Shown in pieces: positions 58,481 to 64,000 of a DNA stretch of 64,000 nt. Location of the stretch: assembly GCA_965195345.1 (NCBI GenBank), contig OZ239628.1, positions 1,152,001-1,216,000 of the forward strand, read 5' to 3'. The notes under the pieces were generated by a model. It searched no databases and was not told the DNA's origin. It was given only the letters and a program-made list of their open reading frames with translations. Source of the stretch: an uncultured Thiomicrospira sp. GTDB taxonomy: Bacteria; Pseudomonadota; Gammaproteobacteria; CAKMZV01. Position 1 is the first letter of the stretch. Each line of letters opens with the position of its first letter. Made by a program: the position numbers and the translations under genes.

Positions 58481-59977
58481 TTATTGCGTATTATGCATTT
58501 CAATCGAATCAATGCTTGGCACTACGCGCGCCAATTTTCTCGTAGCCAGCAATTTGTTCAAATACGATTGTGTGATATTTCCAGTTGTATAGCAGCCATT
58601 AAAACAAGAAGCATCAAAGCCATCAAGTTTTGGATTTAGTGCTTTCAAAACTGAGATCATATCGTCCAATTCTTGATAAAACAAGGCATCTGCGCCGATG
58701 AACTCGCAAACTTCTTCAACGCTACGCTCATGTGCTATTAACTCTTGTTGACTGGGCATGTCGATACCATAAACGTATTGATGTCTAACTGGAGGAGAAG
58801 CTGAGGCGAAATATATCTTTTTTGCACCCGCTGACTTTGCCAAACGAACAATTTCTCTTGAAGTTGTACCACGCACGATGGAATCATCAACAAGTAAAAC
58901 ATTTTTACCATTCAGTTCGGAGTGTATAGGATTGAGCTTTCTTCTAACCGATTTTGTTCTTAACTTTTGTCCAGGCATTATAAAAGTTCGTCCAATGTAG
59001 CGATTTTTTATAAACCCTTCTCTAAAGTCAACTTTTAATCCTTTAGCCAATTCAAGTGCTGCAGTACGTGATGTGTCGGGTATTGGCATGACCACTTCAA
59101 CTTGCAGTTTTTCTTTAAATGGTGCAATTCTTTTAGCGAGCATCTCACCCATTTTCAAACGCGCTTGATATACAGAAATGCCGTCCATTATGGTATCAGG
59201 TCGTGCAAAGTATACATATTCAAATAAACAAGGCGAATACTTCTTGCGTTCACCGCATTGAAATGAAGTTAATTCTCCATCGGTATCAATGAAGATTGCT
59301 TCTCCTGGGAGAATATCTCTTTCACGTTCAAACCCTAATATATCAAATGCCACACTTTCTGAAGCAACAACCCACTCCTCACCAACAAGGTTTTTCTTTT
59401 TCCCCAAAATCAAAGGTCTTAATCCATAAGGGTCTCGAAAAGCAAATAAACCAAAATGCGCAATCATTCCAACTACTGCATAAGCACCCTCTGCTCTTTT
59501 ATGAACCTTTGTTATTGCATTGAAAAGCGTTTTTTTGCTAAGCGATTTGCTATTACCAATTTCATCAGCAAACACGTTCAATAGCACTTCAGAGTCTGAA
59601 AAAGTGTTAATGTGTCGGCGATCTTTTGCGAAGATCTCTTGAGCTAAAACTTCCGCATTGGTTAAATTCCCATTATGTCCCATTACTATCCCATAAGGCG
59701 AATTCACATACAAAGGTTGTGCTTCTGCGCTTGAATCAGCACCTGCTGTTGGATAGCGCACATGCCCTATTCCGCTTCTTCCGCGCAAAATTTTCAAATG
59801 CTCTTCTCGGAAAACATCGCGGACTAAGCCTGTGTTTTTTCGTAGACAAAACTGCCCTTCTTCACTCCATGTAACAATGCCAGCAGCATCCTGTCCACGG
59901 TGTTGCAACATACTAAGCCCTTCATACAAAGAATGTATAACATCGCTATGACCAACCATACCTATAATTCCACACAT
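58481..59977 (-). CDS. purF: Amidophosphoribosyltransferase
   Basis: MCGI, LQHRGQD, HVRYPTAG, VDDSIVRGTTS. Confidence 0.98.
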   Translation of the reverse strand: MCGIIGMVGHSDVIHSLYEGLSMLQHRGQDAAGIVTWSEEGQFCLRKNTGLVRDVFREEHLKILRGRSGIGHVRYPTAGADSSAEAQPLYVNSPYGIVMGHNGNLTNAEVLAQEIFAKDRRHINTFSDSEVLLNVFADEIGNSKSLSKKTLFNAITKVHKRAEGAYAVVGMIAHFGLFAFRDPYGLRPLILGKKKNLVGEEWVVASESVAFDILGFERERDILPGEAIFIDTDGELTSFQCGERKKYSPCLFEYVYFARPDTIMDGISVYQARLKMGEMLAKRIAPFKEKLQVEVVMPIPDTSRTAALELAKGLKVDFREGFIKNRYIGRTFIMPGQKLRTKSVRRKLNPIHSELNGKNVLLVDDSIVRGTTSREIVRLAKSAGAKKIYFASASPPVRHQYVYGIDMPSQQELIAHERSVEEVCEFIGADALFYQELDDMISVLKALNPKLDGFDASCFNGCYTTGNITQSYLNKLLATRKLARVVPSIDSIEMHNTQ

Positions 59978-59978
59978 A

Positions 59979-60428
59979 TTATGAATTCACTTTAAATATA
60001 AAACTTTTGATTTTTAACTGCCTATTCAACTCATCACGATACTTTTCAGCTTCTGGACGCTTTACAAATGGGCCCATTCGCAATAGATATAATGATTTTC
60101 CCTCTTGCTCTTTCTTAATTCTATAAATAGGAAAGTTTGCATTTTTCAATTTCTTTTCGAGTGCTTTGGCGTAGCGTTCTTCAGAAAATGCCCCCAGTTG
60201 AATAATCCAAATGGAATCATTTTCTTGTGCTTTTTTTGCTGTGATTTCTTTTTCAAAATCATCAGTGATTTTGGGTGCTTCTTCAACTTTGAAATCAACG
60301 GTAAGAACCTTTTCAGTATTTGATTTTTTTGTGACGCGATCAAGACCTATCCAAGTCAGAATCTGCAACATTATTAATACTGGAATAATCCAAATAGCTA
60401 TGCCGATGGCAATGGCTCGCTTATTCAC
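59979..60428 (-). CDS. dedD: SPOR-domain cell division protein (DedD-like)
   Basis: N-terminal TM; WIIQLGAFS...RMGPF; located between folC and purF. Confidence 0.75.
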   Translation of the reverse strand: MNKRAIAIGIAIWIIPVLIMLQILTWIGLDRVTKKSNTEKVLTVDFKVEEAPKITDDFEKEITAKKAQENDSIWIIQLGAFSEERYAKALEKKLKNANFPIYRIKKEQEGKSLYLLRMGPFVKRPEAEKYRDELNRQLKIKSFIFKVNS

Positions 60429-61725
60429 TTGATTGCTCTGTCAAATATTTCTGTTGCAGCGTCAAAGCATCTTTAACAACCATAAATGAACCAAAAGCCA
60501 GTAAGGGGAATGGACTGTTTTTATTCAAGGCTTTAAACCATAACGCATCAAAATTTTCGCCTGTCGTAATATTTGACTCATGAATTCCCGAGTTAATCAA
60601 GACATCATGGATTATATCCAATCCAGCGTTTCGAAAACCACTTGATGTATCTTCTAATTGATATATATACCAATGTTGAACTATGGGTTTGATTTTAAGA
60701 ATATTCCCTTCTATATCTTTATCGGCGAATGAAGAAAAAATCACGTCTATTTTCTTGAAATTTTCTTGAACATGATGCGCTAATTCTGTGACTGCTTGTG
60801 GATTATGACCAACGTCAACCAGTAATTTCTTATTTGGCATGCTCAAAATTTGAAGTCGCCCATTCAAAGTGATTTGTTGCAGTCCTTCAACAGTATCCTC
60901 TTTATTTAGAGGGCAGACTTGCTTCAATGCTGCGATAGAACAAGCAGCATTTGCCACCTGATAATCACCCGATAGAGCCGGTCTAGGAAGATTTTCGAAC
61001 AGAATATTGTCATCTTGATAGCTCCATGAATTAAAAGGAGGAAATTTTTGCACTGCTCGTTGCTTTTTTGATACAAAATAACCGCTGTCGCTTTTATTTA
61101 TAAACGAAACTTGTGCATCGCATTCCAACGCCTTATTGACATTTACTTCAATGCCAGCACCAATAACAAGAGGCATTTCAGAGCGGGCTATTCCAGCCTT
61201 CTCTTTGAAGATGTTTGTCAAATCCTTTCCCAAAAAGGCTTCGTGATCGTTGGCTATTGAAGTGATAACCGAACAATCAGCATCAATAATGTTTACTGCA
61301 TCAAGTCGACCACCTAATCCAACCTCGAGAATCGCCAGATCTACTTGGCTTTTAGCAATAATATGAAAAATGGCAAGTGTTGTGAATTCAAAATAAGTTA
61401 ACTCAACATGATCTCGTGTATTTTCAACTTCTTCAAAAGCATTCAATAATTTCTCATCGCTAACCTCTTGTCCGCACAAACGAAGGCGTTCGTTAAAGTG
61501 GAGTAGATGAGGCGATGTATATACTGCGGTGCGAAGACCATGAGAGCGTGCGAGAGAATCAATAATGGCGCAACAAGAACCCTTTCCGTTAGTTCCTGCT
61601 ACAGTAATAGTGTGGGTGGCTATCTTTTCAATTCCCAGTTTTTCGGCAACACTTTTAGCCCTGTCAAGCCCCATATGAATGTTTTGGGGATGTTGAAGAC
61701 GTGTCAACCACTTATCAACACGCAT
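60421..61725 (-). CDS. folC: Folylpolyglutamate/dihydrofolate synthase
   Basis: VAGTNGKGS, YTSPHL, LEVGLGGRLDAVN, DVGHN. Confidence 0.96.
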   Translation of the reverse strand: MRVDKWLTRLQHPQNIHMGLDRAKSVAEKLGIEKIATHTITVAGTNGKGSCCAIIDSLARSHGLRTAVYTSPHLLHFNERLRLCGQEVSDEKLLNAFEEVENTRDHVELTYFEFTTLAIFHIIAKSQVDLAILEVGLGGRLDAVNIIDADCSVITSIANDHEAFLGKDLTNIFKEKAGIARSEMPLVIGAGIEVNVNKALECDAQVSFINKSDSGYFVSKKQRAVQKFPPFNSWSYQDDNILFENLPRPALSGDYQVANAACSIAALKQVCPLNKEDTVEGLQQITLNGRLQILSMPNKKLLVDVGHNPQAVTELAHHVQENFKKIDVIFSSFADKDIEGNILKIKPIVQHWYIYQLEDTSSGFRNAGLDIIHDVLINSGIHESNITTGENFDALWFKALNKNSPFPLLAFGSFMVVKDALTLQQKYLTEQSSE

Positions 61726-61743
61726 AACTAATAGATTCTATAT

Positions 61744-62607
61744 TTATAAAGAATGTCTATTTCCAGACATAAGTAAACCGAGTATCTCAAAAATACGATC
61801 GCGCATATCAAGACGTTTTACTATCATATCTATACAACCGTGATCAAGCAAAAACTCACTTCTTTGAAAACCCTCTGGAAGTTTTTCACGAATTGTTTGC
61901 TCTATTACACGAGGTCCAGCGAAGCCAATCAATGCTTTAGGTTCTGCAATGATAACGTCGCCGAGCATGGCAAGGCTCGCAGAGACACCGCCCATCGTTG
62001 GATCTGTTAGCACTGAAATAAAAGGCAATTTGTTTTTTTGCATTTTTTTAAGCACAGCACTTGTTTTAGCCATTTGAGTTAGAGAAAGCATCGATTCTTG
62101 CATACGTGCACCACCGCTGGCTGAAAAGCACACATGTGGAACTTTCTCTTGGATTGCATAATCGCATGCGCGTCTGAACTTTTCGCCCACAACTGAACCC
62201 ATAGAACCGCCTAAAAAATTAAAATCGAAAGCAGAAGCAACAACAGGCATGCCCTTTAATCGACCAGACATAACAAGCATCGCTTCCTTTTCACCAGTTG
62301 AGCGTTTTGCATCCGTAATGCGGTCAACATATCTCTTAGTATCACGGAATTTCAAGCTGTCGATTGCCTCCAAAGATTGAGCCAATTCTTCTTTACCGTC
62401 TTCATCAAGAAAAAGGTCAAGCCTTTTTCGTCCAGTTAGGCGTAGATGATGTTCACATTTATTGCACACATACTGACGTTTATCGACTTCAATACTGTAC
62501 AGCGTAGCGCTGCAATCAGGACACTTAATCCAAATTCCCTCGGGTACGCTTGTTTCTTTGCGGCTTGTTTGGATTTTTGATGGGATTAATTTTTCAAACC
62601 AATTCAT
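61744..62607 (-). CDS. accD: Acetyl-CoA carboxylase carboxyltransferase beta
   Basis: WIKCPDC zinc ribbon, [29 protein letters not shown]. Confidence 0.98.
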   Translation of the reverse strand: MNWFEKLIPSKIQTSRKETSVPEGIWIKCPDCSATLYSIEVDKRQYVCNKCEHHLRLTGRKRLDLFLDEDGKEELAQSLEAIDSLKFRDTKRYVDRITDAKRSTGEKEAMLVMSGRLKGMPVVASAFDFNFLGGSMGSVVGEKFRRACDYAIQEKVPHVCFSASGGARMQESMLSLTQMAKTSAVLKKMQKNKLPFISVLTDPTMGGVSASLAMLGDVIIAEPKALIGFAGPRVIEQTIREKLPEGFQRSEFLLDHGCIDMIVKRLDMRDRIFEILGLLMSGNRHSL

Positions 62608-63470
62608 ATCAGAGCTCTCTCATAGCCTTCAATATTTTTCTTATTAGGCATTGTTGTTAAATCATTGTTGTTTTTTGCATCCATTGCTTCACGCATTCTA
62701 CTCAACAAGTCAAGCATTTGTTCGCGCGCGCCATCGTAGTCATCCTGTCCAAGTACTTTAATTAAAGCACTGCCTACAACTACTGCATCGGCAATGGACG
62801 AAATTTGTTCTGCCTGTTCAGGAGTGCTTATACCAAATCCTACGCCAACAGGAACGCTTGAGTGCATTTTTATTTCCTGTATTTTTTCCTTAACACTTGA
62901 GAAATCCAAAATGCTGTCTCCTGTTACTCCTTTGATAGAAACATAGTATACAAAACCTGTAGCCTGTTTACAAATCATTTGCATGCGTTCACTTGACGTT
63001 GTCGGTGCAGTTAAAAAGATAATGTCAATATTATTCTGTTTGGCAATATTGAGTAAATGCGAGTTCTCCTCAGGAGGACTGTCTACTAATAAAATTCCAT
63101 CAATACCAGCTTTGACAGCCTTTTGCATGAAAGTGTCAACGCCCATAGCAATAATGGGATTCAAATAGCCCATTAAGACTATCGGTGTAGCTTCGTCGTG
63201 CTTGCGAAAATCAGTAACTATTTGTAAAAAACCATTCAAAGACATACCATTCGCCAAGGCCACATCACTGGAATGTTGAATGATTGGACCATCCGCCATA
63301 GGATCTGAAAAAGGCATGCCCAATTCAATGACATCTGCGCCAACACTGACCATGTCATGCAATAATTTTGGAAAAACTTCCCTTTTTGGGTATCCTGCTG
63401 TAATAAAAGGAATTAACGCTGTTTGGTTATTTGCACGCAACTGTGCAAATGTGTCTTTGAGACGATTCAT
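62604..63470 (-). CDS. trpA: Tryptophan synthase alpha chain
   Basis: [30 protein letters not shown]. Confidence 0.98.
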   Translation of the reverse strand: MNRLKDTFAQLRANNQTALIPFITAGYPKREVFPKLLHDMVSVGADVIELGMPFSDPMADGPIIQHSSDVALANGMSLNGFLQIVTDFRKHDEATPIVLMGYLNPIIAMGVDTFMQKAVKAGIDGILLVDSPPEENSHLLNIAKQNNIDIIFLTAPTTSSERMQMICKQATGFVYYVSIKGVTGDSILDFSSVKEKIQEIKMHSSVPVGVGFGISTPEQAEQISSIADAVVVGSALIKVLGQDDYDGAREQMLDLLSRMREAMDAKNNNDLTTMPNKKNIEGYERALI

Positions 63471-64000
63471 GAATCGTCCTCTCTTTCCTCAAGCGAGCGC
63501 ATTGTTTCGATGTCTTTATCACCGCGTCCCGACATACAAACGACGATGGTTTGATCTTTTTGCATTTTCGGTGCTAATTTGCGCGTATAAGCTAAAGCAT
63601 GAGCGCTCTCTAATGCTGGAATAATTCCTTCCATTCGTGTTACTTCATAGAATGCTTCAATAACTTCTTCATCGGTTACACTGGTGTACTCCACACGATT
63701 ACTATCTTTAAGCCAAGAGTGCTCAGGACCAACGCCCGGATAATCTAAACCAGCAGAAATAGAATGCGTGGATGATATTTGACCGTTTTCATCAGACATA
63801 AGATAGGTGTTATTACCGTGCAATATGCCTGGTTTACCTGCACATAACGGAGCGGCGTGTAATCCAGTTGACAAGCCAAGACCACCTGCTTCTACACCAT
63901 AGAGCTTAACTTTTTCATCTCGCACGAAGTCATGGAAAATACCAATTGCGTTAGAACCACCGCCAACGCAGGCAACAACAGCATCTGGAAGCGCTTGTCC
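63467..64000 (-). CDS. trpB: Tryptophan synthase beta chain (3' part; runs off the window)
   Basis: [31 protein letters not shown]. Confidence 0.97.
   Translation of the reverse strand, partial: GQALPDAVVACVGGGSNAIGIFHDFVRDEKVKLYGVEAGGLGLSTGLHAAPLCAGKPGILHGNNTYLMSDENGQISSTHSISAGLDYPGVGPEHSWLKDSNRVEYTSVTDEEVIEAFYEVTRMEGIIPALESAHALAYTRKLAPKMQKDQTIVVCMSGRGDKDIETMRSLEEREDDS

Overview
AT-rich gammaproteobacterial chromosome segment in two parts. (1) Positions 1 to ~12,657 hold the right-hand portion of an integrated tailless, membrane-containing PM2/corticovirus-like provirus. It encodes a P9-like packaging ATPase, a P7-like peptide, a P2-like double jelly-roll capsid protein, P3/P8/P10-like membrane proteins, a collagen spike with a tail-fibre chaperone, a P5-like lytic protein, a holin and a histone-like protein. 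A second, degenerate copy follows immediately (ATPase C-terminal half, duplicated late promoter, P7/capsid remnant fused by a microhomology deletion). In both copies the slot between ATPase and P7/capsid carries antisense membrane-anchored pentapeptide-repeat genes (1 + 3 paralogs) with conserved flanks and highly variable repeat cores. This is the best candidate for an undescribed system. (2) Positions 12,658-64,000 are compact housekeeping DNA: tauE-like, pyrC'/pyrB, ruvX/yqgE, SoxH-like, dprA coupled to a secretin/pilin cluster, maeB, a DnaA-box cluster, hemA-prfA-apbE, rpmBG-mutM, glmM, gltA, erpA, putA, ALDH, Nudix, ihfB-rpsA, lysC, uvrD, waaC, purF-folC-accD-trpAB. No tRNA, rRNA, CRISPR array, integrase or replication gene was seen. 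All family assignments come from motif recognition and recalled sequences, not database searches.
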